A stretch of DNA of 64,000 bases. Source: a virus. Positions 16,562 through 25,001 of the stretch are shown here, piece by piece; positions within the stretch are counted from its first letter, which is position 1; each line of letters starts with the position of its first letter. The translations under genes were made by a program, and so were the position numbers. The stretch lies in the IMG/VR virus record IMGVR_UViG_3300045988_181101; one strand, given 5' to 3'. The notes under the pieces were generated by a model, which had not been told where the DNA came from, searched no databases, and saw only the letters and a list, made by a program, of their open reading frames with translations.

Positions 16562-16846
16562 TTAAAGTATTTTTGCATAATCTTCAATAGGATACAATAC
16601 GTACCAAAAAGTATCTTCTTTATTAAACTCAACAAGTATCTCTTCTTTACCTCTATAAACTGAACATTGTTCTTTCCAACCAAAACTTGAATCAAGTGGA
16701 CGAACTATTATAGAATTAAGATATAAATTATATCCAACTATCTCAGCCTCGACATCAAACTTAAAGAGAAATACCTTTTTCTTTAAATTCTTTTTTACAA
16801 ATTCAATTAGCGTTTTCATAATGTCTATAAATTGATTCTCGTGCAT
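16562..16846 (-). CDS. hypothetical protein (94 aa)
   Basis: ATG ORF. Confidence 0.5.
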   Translation of the reverse strand: MHENQFIDIMKTLIEFVKKNLKKKVFLFKFDVEAEIVGYNLYLNSIIVRPLDSSFGWKEQCSVYRGKEEILVEFNKEDTFWYVLYPIEDYAKIL

Positions 16847-17141
16847 GTCTCATATCTTCATCTCTTAATGGCACCAAACTCAAACATCTTACTTGATTTA
16901 AATATAAGTTTGATGAATTATATTTTACATTTTGTGTTGAATAAACTTCAACTTCTGCTAAGTAGAATGTGATATCTTTATCAATATAAGGTTCAAAATT
17001 ATAAGCAAATACACTCATCAAATGTTGTTGATCTCTTTCATCTCTATATTCAAGTCTAAAATTGCATATATATTCACCATTCTCTTTATAAGTTTTGGTT
17101 ACTTGTCTCTTGTGAATATTCGCTATTACTTTCTGTACCAT
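16803..17141 (-). CDS. hypothetical protein (112 aa)
   Basis: ATG ORF. Confidence 0.5.
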   Translation of the reverse strand: MVQKVIANIHKRQVTKTYKENGEYICNFRLEYRDERDQQHLMSVFAYNFEPYIDKDITFYLAEVEVYSTQNVKYNSSNLYLNQVRCLSLVPLRDEDMRHARESIYRHYENAN

Positions 17142-17271
17142 AATTATTGTTATTAAATGATCTTACTTCAATACAAGCACTTTTATCTTGATATGGACAA
17201 TTTTGTTGATAAATACAACTTTCACATACTTTAGAGAAACTCTTGTTTATATCTTTTATTGTTCTTGGCAT
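17086..17271 (-). CDS. hypothetical Cys-containing small protein (61 aa)
   Basis: ATG ORF. Confidence 0.45.
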   Translation of the reverse strand: MPRTIKDINKSFSKVCESCIYQQNCPYQDKSACIEVRSFNNNNYGTESNSEYSQETSNQNL

Positions 17272-17373
17272 ATTGATCGTTTTTATTCGTTTTATAAAGA
17301 GGAACTGTCTTAATTGCAGGAATTAATAAATAGGTATGGTTTAACTTTTGTTTAACAATTAAAAACAGTTCCT

Positions 17374-17523
17374 TTATTTATATCTTTCAAAGTATTTACA
17401 ACCGTTCTTTCTTGATGCTTTAATACGATGTTGTAATTTTGTACAATACATAAAGAAATTCACACATCGGTAATATTTACATATACTACAATGTCTATCT
17501 TCTTTTGATTTCGTATTAGTCAT
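17374..17523 (-). CDS. hypothetical Cys-rich small protein (49 aa)
   Basis: The track start at 17577 is TTG. ATG at 17523 (MTNTKSKEDRHCSICKYY...) lies 24 nt downstream of a -7 box (17555-17548). Confidence 0.4.
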   Translation of the reverse strand: MTNTKSKEDRHCSICKYYRCVNFFMYCTKLQHRIKASRKNGCKYFERYK

Positions 17524-17573
17524 ATTAGTTGTTTTCTTTTTATATTGTAAAGATACCAATAATTTATCTATAG

Positions 17574-17807
17574 TCAACTTTTTAGTTCCACATTCTGCTC
17601 AAGTTTATAACCCTTTTCTTTTAGGAAGATTTTCACAACAATCCTATTCAACATCTTCTTTCCATAATGCATATAAGAACCTACAAGATTGTTTTCAACT
17701 TCCCATTTTTTAAACGTTTCACTTTCTATGAATTTCCATAGAAGTTTGTCAAAATCTTCATTTGATAGTATCTTTTGTTCACCTTTTGGATTTGTTATGC
17801 TTACCAT
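17574..17807 (-). CDS. hypothetical protein (77 aa)
   Basis: ATG ORF. Confidence 0.5.
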   Translation of the reverse strand: MVSITNPKGEQKILSNEDFDKLLWKFIESETFKKWEVENNLVGSYMHYGKKMLNRIVVKIFLKEKGYKLEQNVELKS

Positions 17808-18343
17808 TACTCCAATTGTTTATGATATGAACTTACTTCCATTGTAGACATCAAATTTTGAATTCTTGAAATTCTTTCCCAATCCTCCAAAGTAAGTGTT
17901 TTATGTTCATTATCTTCTTGATTGTGAGAAATTTCATTTTTAGAAATAAATGCATCAAATAAATCATTCAAAGATGATTTCATAATTTTACTCCATTCCT
18001 TACGATAGAATTCAAACATTCCTTTAAGATCTATATACTCGATACGTGTTAAATCAAACTCAATTATATTAGGTCTTGATTTACTTGTAAAATAAGATAT
18101 CTTTTTGTTGTTTGTAACTTTAGCATAACATTGAAACAACAATTGTTTATCAAACTTATTATTGTATTTGATTTTAAATACATATCGCTTTTTCTCTTCT
18201 TTAAAAAGATCTTCAATGTTTACATTATGAAGTTTACATAGATTTTCAAGTACATGTTTAGCATTAGATGCTTCACCATCAAGTCCTCTATCAACAAGCT
18301 CTTTAAGTTTGATTATTTTGTCTATAATTTTATCGTATTCCAT
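17807..18343 (-). CDS. hypothetical protein (178 aa), DUF2786-like N-terminus
   Basis: IIDKIIKLKELVDRGLDGEASNAKHVLENL resembles the DUF2786 helical motif. Tentative. Confidence 0.45.
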   Translation of the reverse strand: MEYDKIIDKIIKLKELVDRGLDGEASNAKHVLENLCKLHNVNIEDLFKEEKKRYVFKIKYNNKFDKQLLFQCYAKVTNNKKISYFTSKSRPNIIEFDLTRIEYIDLKGMFEFYRKEWSKIMKSSLNDLFDAFISKNEISHNQEDNEHKTLTLEDWERISRIQNLMSTMEVSSYHKQLE

Positions 18344-18345
18344 AA

Positions 18346-18633
18346 TTACAATTTTATCTTTTGAGTGTAAATAAGTTCACCTCTATATCCTCGTGAAATC
18401 AATTCATCCATTAATTGTCTTGGAGTGAAATCTTTTAATTTAGGATTACCATTTTCAAGATTACTTATTCTTTCTTTTCGTCTTGCAGTTCTCTTTTGAG
18501 CATAATTTTGGTTTTGCTTTTTTTGACAATCCCTACAATAAGCCTGAAGTCCATCAGGACGACTTGAATTTTTACTAAAAGAATCTAACGGTAAAATTCT
18601 TTCACAACGTGGGCAAAGTTTAGTTTCTTCCAT
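18346..18633 (-). CDS. stand-alone zinc-finger protein related to the N-terminal module of the HNH family
   Basis: CPRCERILPLDSFSKNSSRPDGLQAYCRDCQKK matches the C..C...L....F.....DG....C..C module of the four HNH ORFs. No HNH domain follows. Confidence 0.55.
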   Translation of the reverse strand: MEETKLCPRCERILPLDSFSKNSSRPDGLQAYCRDCQKKQNQNYAQKRTARRKERISNLENGNPKLKDFTPRQLMDELISRGYRGELIYTQKIKL

Positions 18634-18680
18634 GACTATTCTTATTTAAAATTTATACATTATTTCTATAATTCTTCAAT

Positions 18681-18771
18681 TTTTTAGTTGTCCTTTTCTT
18701 TTGATATTGTAAAGATACGACTTATTTTGGAGATAACAAACGTTTATCTATATTTATGGTCGAAATTAAAG
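18681..18771 (-). promoter_or_regulatory. family-1 promoter/operator repeat, copy C
   Basis: TTTG (18740-18737), 19 nt, TATCTTTA (18717-18710). It also shares the distal extension TATATTTATGGTCGAAATTAA with copy A. Confidence 0.6.
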
Positions 18772-18829
18772 TTTATTAAGAAAGGACAACTTGTTTCACA
18801 ACAAATCGCCCTTGAAACTAATTAAATAA

Positions 18830-19261
18830 TCATGGCTTGACAAAATAAAGGATTTTTGTTTCTTTTATATCTACAACTCTTGCAGTACAATAGTTTTCAG
18901 TTAATTCCTCTGAAGCAATTCTATTAGCTTCTTCAGTATCTTTTGCTTGGATCAAATAATTTATATTGTAAACCTTTTCTTTACCTTTTTCATTTATTTC
19001 AATCCAAACTCCTTTTACTACGTAATAAGAACCTTCTTTATCTTCATTAGGAATAAATCGAAATACATTCAACTCTTTGATAGGTGAAATTTCAAAGTCT
19101 ACATTTATATTTTCTTCACCCCATTTTGTAGCAAGTGCTTCAGCTTCAGTATAATTTACAGCTTCACAAGCTATGACGTTGGTGAACTTCTTAATTTTCA
19201 TTGATGTTGAATTTTCATCTACATCATAGTACGTCAATGTTATTTCGAAAAACTTATCCAT
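18830..19261 (-). CDS. DUF4494-like protein (143 aa)
   Basis: FEITLTYYDVDENS...KKFTNVIACEAVNYTEAEALA resembles the DUF4494 pattern (WFE.KV.YEK......YLVDA.SFTEAE). Tentative. Confidence 0.4.
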   Translation of the reverse strand: MDKFFEITLTYYDVDENSTSMKIKKFTNVIACEAVNYTEAEALATKWGEENINVDFEISPIKELNVFRFIPNEDKEGSYYVVKGVWIEINEKGKEKVYNINYLIQAKDTEEANRIASEELTENYCTARVVDIKETKILYFVKP

Positions 19262-20042
19262 TGTTATTGCAACATTTCTTCAAATATCGAACATTTGATT
19301 CGATAAGTTCCATTTGTTCTTCTTTGATTTCTTTTTCAAAATAATCTGAAGGTGTAGGAATACGTTCGAACTTCTCTACTTTTTCAATATCTTGTCCATT
19401 TATTGCTGCAAGTATTGGATAACAACTATCTGTAGACCTAAAGATTTTCTCATTCTTATAAGGAATAAATTCTTTAGGATCACCTTGTCCAAGAAAATGA
19501 AGAGGTTTCGACAATGAATTGTATGATTTCAATTTTGATACAACTTTACTTCTTGCAAATGCAATGTTATCTGTATTCATTATATGTGGAATAGCTTTCT
19601 TACTCATTCCAATACAAGAAACATATCTATTCCACATAAAGAATTTATAACAATCATACCAATCTTCCCAATTTTTACCTTGAGGACAAGCAAGAATTGT
19701 CGTATTTAACAACTTTCCTTTTAATCTTGCTTCTTTCATCCATTCTAAGAATTGATTGAAATTGATTAATGTCTGTTTTCTATCGAACAATACGTCAAGA
19801 GGTATTACTTCATTAGGTTCTAATTCAAGTGTCAATTGAAATAATTCTTCATTAGTCAATATTTCACCTTCTTCTCCTGTACCATTATCAAGTATAGTAA
19901 AACGACCTTGTTTGATTGCTTCCTTTACATATTCACGATATCGTTCATTTTTTTTATAATATTGACCTATAATATAGAGATTATTATCTCCTAACTCACT
20001 TAAATTTAGGTGTTTCATAGGAGGAGTTAAAAATATTTTCAT
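19254..20042 (-). CDS. dpdA: DpdA-like DNA/tRNA-guanine transglycosylase family protein
   Basis: TGT-fold motif series: ILDNGTGEEG (DSGG-like), IPLDVL, ACPQGKNWEDW (VQGG-like), HFLGQGDP (HLLG.G.P), FRSTDSCYP (FDS..P). Genome context includes folE/queD/queE. Confidence 0.6.
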   Translation of the reverse strand: MKIFLTPPMKHLNLSELGDNNLYIIGQYYKKNERYREYVKEAIKQGRFTILDNGTGEEGEILTNEELFQLTLELEPNEVIPLDVLFDRKQTLINFNQFLEWMKEARLKGKLLNTTILACPQGKNWEDWYDCYKFFMWNRYVSCIGMSKKAIPHIMNTDNIAFARSKVVSKLKSYNSLSKPLHFLGQGDPKEFIPYKNEKIFRSTDSCYPILAAINGQDIEKVEKFERIPTPSDYFEKEIKEEQMELIESNVRYLKKCCNNNG

Positions 20043-20683
20043 TTTAAAGATTCTTTTATATTGTTAATAATTTCTTCAACATTATCTGGAATTTTTGCAT
20101 TTTTAATTCCTGAATTCTCATATCTCCACAATGGTTGTAAGTTTTTATAATTGAAACAAATTCTTAATTGTGTTTCATCTAATAAATTAAAATAACTTCT
20201 TGGAACAATATGATCAACTGCCCAACCATCTTTTCCACCATAATTTTCCCAACTCATTCCTTCTTTAAATTGAGATTCAAGATGTCGTTTTAAATGTTCG
20301 ATTGAACAACCAAGAAGGTCGAGTATGCTTTTATACCAATTACATTTATCAGGATTAGCTGGAGGAACATTCAATGCTTTGTAGAGTCTATTCATATATA
20401 ACATCGAAGTTCTATAATTTTCATCTAAAAATCTCTTTTTACTTCTTCGAGATTCTGCACCAGTTTCCTGTCGTTTTTGTCGAATCTTCTTTTGAGAAAT
20501 TCTTCCTTTTTCCGATTGTCTATATTTTTTATCAGCTAATTTTCCTTTCTCTGAATATTTATAACGAAATTTAGCAATCATAGAACATTCTTTGCAAATA
20601 TAATATAAACCATCTTTATACGATCTACATTTAAAGAATTCTGATTCGTCTTTATTTTTACAACATTTAGGACAATATTTCAT
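20039..20683 (-). CDS. HNH homing endonuclease (family copy 1)
   Basis: N-terminal Zn finger CPKCCKNK...DGLYYICKEC. C-terminus GGKDGWAVDHIVP......CFNYKNLQPLWRYENSGIKNAK (H-N-H/N core). Confidence 0.8.
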   Translation of the reverse strand: MKYCPKCCKNKDESEFFKCRSYKDGLYYICKECSMIAKFRYKYSEKGKLADKKYRQSEKGRISQKKIRQKRQETGAESRRSKKRFLDENYRTSMLYMNRLYKALNVPPANPDKCNWYKSILDLLGCSIEHLKRHLESQFKEGMSWENYGGKDGWAVDHIVPRSYFNLLDETQLRICFNYKNLQPLWRYENSGIKNAKIPDNVEEIINNIKESLK

Positions 20684-20730
20684 AAATTAAAATTCTAAAT
20701 GATCTATAGGTGGCGTTACAAATGCTTTCA

Positions 20731-21621
20731 TTATACTTCCTCCGTTCTAATAATAAGACAATTAGGTTGATCAATACACCAAGTGATTAATTCGTTTATG
20801 CCAAGTGATTCGTCACCATTTTCAATTTCTTCAAATGTAAGACCTTTATTCTTTTCTTTATCAACAAGTTTTTCAAATCTTTCTTTTCTTATTTCATTTG
20901 AAGCAGATAAATATATTATATTATAATCCAAATGAAGATGATTTAACTCACAAAGATACAACATTTGCTCTATAACAGATTTTTGTCTACAACCAACTAT
21001 ATAGACGTGTGCATCTGAAGTTACTTTTGTTAAAATATGAAATATTCTTTTAGCTATTTCCTTAGAAAGGAATCCTTCGAAAATACGTTTTTCTTCTTGT
21101 TTGATTTTTCTTACAATCTCTCCAACCTCTACTGTTACACATCCAACCTCTTTTATCTTCTCATTAACATAATAAGATTTTCCTGAAAAAGCTTTTCCAA
21201 CAACAAAAGTAACTAACGGTAATTTGTTATTATCTTCTTTTTCTTGTTTAATATTATCACATTCTTCTTTTTCAACTACAGCATAGTTTTCACCATCTTC
21301 ACTTACTTCAACACTATCAAAATCAAATTCCTTAAGTAATTGTTTTGCAATCATTTCACACGACATGGAACCGAAATCATAACATTCACAATGTGATTCA
21401 AATACTGGAAAATTTTGATTTATATATTGTTTTACTTTTCTTCTTAACAATATAAACTCTTCATCACGATTATCATGATTAACCCGTTTTTTACAGTTAA
21501 ATTTAAAAATATGTCTGTGAGATTGTTCTAAAAACTTCACTAAATCACCATGATTTTTTGATGCATCCGGATAATTATGAAATCCTTCTACTTCAAAACG
21601 AATTCCTACAAATGTTTTCAT
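20731..21621 (-). CDS. two-domain protein: T-fold (QueD/PTPS)-like N-terminus (tentative) + P-loop kinase-like C-terminus
   Basis: N-terminus FEVEGFHNYPD...FLEQSHRHIFKF...NRDEEFI...SCEMIA. C-terminal Walker A is GKAFSGKS. Confidence 0.45.
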   Translation of the reverse strand: MKTFVGIRFEVEGFHNYPDASKNHGDLVKFLEQSHRHIFKFNCKKRVNHDNRDEEFILLRRKVKQYINQNFPVFESHCECYDFGSMSCEMIAKQLLKEFDFDSVEVSEDGENYAVVEKEECDNIKQEKEDNNKLPLVTFVVGKAFSGKSYYVNEKIKEVGCVTVEVGEIVRKIKQEEKRIFEGFLSKEIAKRIFHILTKVTSDAHVYIVGCRQKSVIEQMLYLCELNHLHLDYNIIYLSASNEIRKERFEKLVDKEKNKGLTFEEIENGDESLGINELITWCIDQPNCLIIRTEEV

Positions 21622-21630
21622 ATCGAATTT

Positions 21631-21894
21631 TTAATACGTTAATTTAAACCTTCTTTTAATTTCATCTTTATTAGAAATATTGTAGATCAAACAATAATCT
21701 TTTTTCTTCATCTGACAAAATTGAACAGGACCTTTATAAATACATTTTCCATCAAGAAATAATCTCATAATTTTTTCACCATTAATATTTTTATTACGTG
21801 AAGCCTTTTTAATAATTTCTTTTGGAACTTTATCATCTATCCAACCGTTTTTGTGATAGATAAAATCTTTCAAATTAGGAGATAGTTCTTTCAT
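21631..21894 (-). CDS. hypothetical protein (87 aa)
   Basis: ATG ORF. Confidence 0.5.
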   Translation of the reverse strand: MKELSPNLKDFIYHKNGWIDDKVPKEIIKKASRNKNINGEKIMRLFLDGKCIYKGPVQFCQMKKKDYCLIYNISNKDEIKRRFKLTY

Positions 21895-22192
21895 AATAAA
21901 TATAATGTCCTGTAGGAGAGTTTTTACGATATTCGTATTCTTTAACTTCTTGTTCGTCTAAAGCATTCATTATAATATCAATAATTTCATCTTCTTTACC
22001 TTGTGGTACTTCAATTGAAATCTTCTCTTTTCTCTTCTTACTTTCAATAGTTAAATTAACAGTAGAGGTTTGATTTTTAAGTTCTGCCTTCTCTTTGATT
22101 TTTAAACATTCTTTCTCAAATTGATCTAATTTTGATCTTTGTTCTTCAATCCACTTTAATTGCTCTTCAACTAATTTAATTTCTTTTGCCAT
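21875..22192 (-). CDS. hypothetical coiled-coil protein (105 aa)
   Basis: ATG ORF preceded by a -7 box (22226-22219). Confidence 0.5.
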   Translation of the reverse strand: MAKEIKLVEEQLKWIEEQRSKLDQFEKECLKIKEKAELKNQTSTVNLTIESKKRKEKISIEVPQGKEDEIIDIIMNALDEQEVKEYEYRKNSPTGHYIYYERTIS

Positions 22193-22223
22193 AATTGTAA
22201 TGTTTTTAATTGTTTATCTAAAG

Positions 22224-22277
22224 ATAGGACTAATTCATAATAAACACTACTATTAGGTCCATACGAATTAGTCCTAT
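22224..22277 (-). terminator. 13-bp-stem hairpin downstream of the RNR gene, overlapping the next promoter
   Basis: ATAGGACTAATTC (22224-22236) pairs with GAATTAGTCCTAT (22265-22277). Confidence 0.4.
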
Positions 22278-22287
22278 TGAGACACAG

Positions 22288-24615
22288 TTATCTTAATTCA
22301 CATGCTCCTCCACTGCAAGCTGTAGCTACATTCTCACCTACATTCTTATATTCTTGTTCCCATTGAACATTCTCCCAATCAACAGGTTTTTGATTTTTAA
22401 TTTTCTGCCATTGATGGAATATATTGACATGCTTCAAACAACAAGAACACTTTTTATCATCACCATTAAAATGATTTTTAGAGAATTTCTTGAATCTACG
22501 TACCCAATCATTTCTAAGTTCTACTTTATGTTGTAAATGAGATGAAATTGCATTTACATCACTAACATAAAGTCCATCTATATTGACAAGAAGTTTACCA
22601 TCTTTCATATGTTTCTTAATAAAAGAAAGTAAATACTCATCAGTATAAGTAAGTAAATCATCTGCCTTACCTGTAGCTGCATTGCATGCTGTCCATATGT
22701 CACCAAATACTTGTAATCCATCTACAATAAGACCTGATGAGAGTATTGCGCCTTGTCCATAAGTTTCAGCTAATTCTTTTTCATTAAGATAAGAAGTATA
22801 AGGAGCTTGAGGATAATCAAGATCACCTGTTTCAGGCAAAAAACTTAATCCACAAAATCCTTCTCTGTGTTCCCAAATCCAATCAGCAATTTCCTTCCAT
22901 TCATTATCTCTAACAGAAACTGTGCAACTTATATTATGATGATATTTAGGTTTAAGAATAGATGAAGGATGTTCTTTATTAGTGCCTTCCATTATCCAAC
23001 CTTTTTCAGTAGTATAAATCCTATAAAGAAAATCAAGAGTACTAAAATCTGTACGAACCATTGTTTTATCATCAAGTTCAATGGGAAATGATAAAACAGT
23101 TTCGTTCTTTTTATTCCAAAAAGAAGGATTAGAAATTTCAGAATTTACTTTTAAAATCTCTTTTAATGCTTGTTCATTGTTATTTGCTTGAATATTACGA
23201 ATATACTTTCTAAAATGATAAGCATGAATACCAGATCCACAACCAAGTAATTGTGAAGCATTTCCTGAAGGTTTAATTACAGTTGTACGTGCAGCTTCAT
23301 TTATTCCAAGTATGTTAGCAACTTCTTTATTAGTTTCTTTGACAATTCGTGCACCATTTATTTGAATTCTTTCGTTAAACAAAATTCGAGGATTATCTGC
23401 CATGCCTGTAATACCTACACCAAGCAAAGCATCACGTTCCATAATCTTTTTTGTTGCTTCTGAAAGTAGAGGAAGATTTTCAGTATATGCTGCTTGAAAT
23501 GTTCCTAATATAGCTGCTGTACGACATGCTTTATAAAAATCCTGCTCGGTTTCAATTTTCTTTCCATTGATTTCACATAAATTACAAAAGGACCATCCGT
23601 ATTCTTTACTACCGTCAGAATTTATGTACATTGGATATAATAATGCTTCTGCACAAGGATTTATAACTGCTTCAGTATCAGGCATAAATAACAATCCAGG
23701 TTCTCCATATTGTTGAATATATTCAAAAATTTTGTCATATTTTTCCTTTGGAGTATCTTCATAAATAGCTACAGAATTATTGCATCTACATAATTCAGGA
23801 TAAGTTAAGAACCAATCTCCTGTTTTACATTGCAACATTTCTTCATCATCTATATCAAATATAGAGATCATTGCACTTCTTCTAATACCACCACTTATAA
23901 CAGCGTCTGCAATTATACACGATATTAAATGAAGTTCAAATGGTCTTAATTTTCTACCTTTTGCTTTACTTAGAATCTTCCGTAATTTATTATGACAAAT
24001 TTTTAATGGCTCAGGACCTGGAGCTTTAAATCCGCCTGACACAAAAGCACCTTCAGGTCTTATCTGTGAATAATCAAATTCAATATCCGGACATCCTTTA
24101 TAATATGCTTCAATTAAATCTCCCACAGAATTTGCCCATCCTTCAATTGAATCTTCTATTATAGAATAAATTTTAGGGATATCATTTGCAACTCCTTTAA
24201 TAATAGGAAGTTGTTCTATATGAACTTTTTGAACTGAAAATCCAGTACCACACCCACTTAATAAGAGTTCCATTAACTCTTTAAAGAATTCAATTCTATT
24301 ACAATAACTTCCTGAACAATTAAAAGACCTAAAATTATTTTTCAATAATTGTGGTCCTCCATATTGAAGAGATCTTTGAGAACCAAGAATTTCTTGATTA
24401 TTATATGATACCCAAGCTTCTTGGAAAACTTTGTTAAATGCATCTTTATTTTCTTCTTTGATCTTACCATCAAAAAATTGATAATGCATTTCCATTACTC
24501 TACTTACTGCTTCTTCCCAAGTCTCTTTTTTACCATCAGGCTTAACACGAGAATATTTACTGTAAAAAATATAGTCAGAAATTATATCCCGACTATCTAC
24601 ACGTTCATTACTCAT
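22288..24615 (-). CDS. nrdJ: class II (adenosylcobalamin-dependent) ribonucleotide reductase
   Basis: 775 aa. Contains NPCAE (the NPCGE active-site loop), CNLCEIN, and a C-terminal redox pair in ...ATACSGGACELR. Confidence 0.7.
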   Translation of the reverse strand: MSNERVDSRDIISDYIFYSKYSRVKPDGKKETWEEAVSRVMEMHYQFFDGKIKEENKDAFNKVFQEAWVSYNNQEILGSQRSLQYGGPQLLKNNFRSFNCSGSYCNRIEFFKELMELLLSGCGTGFSVQKVHIEQLPIIKGVANDIPKIYSIIEDSIEGWANSVGDLIEAYYKGCPDIEFDYSQIRPEGAFVSGGFKAPGPEPLKICHNKLRKILSKAKGRKLRPFELHLISCIIADAVISGGIRRSAMISIFDIDDEEMLQCKTGDWFLTYPELCRCNNSVAIYEDTPKEKYDKIFEYIQQYGEPGLLFMPDTEAVINPCAEALLYPMYINSDGSKEYGWSFCNLCEINGKKIETEQDFYKACRTAAILGTFQAAYTENLPLLSEATKKIMERDALLGVGITGMADNPRILFNERIQINGARIVKETNKEVANILGINEAARTTVIKPSGNASQLLGCGSGIHAYHFRKYIRNIQANNNEQALKEILKVNSEISNPSFWNKKNETVLSFPIELDDKTMVRTDFSTLDFLYRIYTTEKGWIMEGTNKEHPSSILKPKYHHNISCTVSVRDNEWKEIADWIWEHREGFCGLSFLPETGDLDYPQAPYTSYLNEKELAETYGQGAILSSGLIVDGLQVFGDIWTACNAATGKADDLLTYTDEYLLSFIKKHMKDGKLLVNIDGLYVSDVNAISSHLQHKVELRNDWVRRFKKFSKNHFNGDDKKCSCCLKHVNIFHQWQKIKNQKPVDWENVQWEQEYKNVGENVATACSGGACELR

Positions 24616-24639
24616 TATAACTTACTTAAAAATTTAACA

Positions 24640-24990
24640 TTAATCTTCAATTGTAGGTTGTATTATACAGATTGGTAATGCAGGGTATTGAAATACAAGA
24701 GGAATTCTTTCTCTATCAACACCTTGTCCACCTTTAAATGCAACCTTAGCAATTATCGTGTTAAATATACTCTTTTTTATTGTAAGATATAGAGGTTCAG
24801 GTTTATAATTTTCGTCTTTTTGCACTTTTATTTTTTGAATTTGTAAGTGTGTTTGTAATGCTTCTTCACTTGGTATAAATTCTTCCAATTCTTTTATCTT
24901 ATTAGCGTTTACAAGCGTTACATTACTTAACACTTTTTCACCATAATTTTTATAAGTGTATATAGGTATATACATTTTTGGTTTTTTCAT
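24640..24990 (-). CDS. hypothetical protein (116 aa)
   Basis: The track start at 25014 is TTG. ATG at 24990 (MKKPKMYIPIY...) avoids overlap with the helicase gene. Confidence 0.45.
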   Translation of the reverse strand: MKKPKMYIPIYTYKNYGEKVLSNVTLVNANKIKELEEFIPSEEALQTHLQIQKIKVQKDENYKPEPLYLTIKKSIFNTIIAKVAFKGGQGVDRERIPLVFQYPALPICIIQPTIED

Positions 24991-25001
24991 TTTTCTTAAT
25001 T

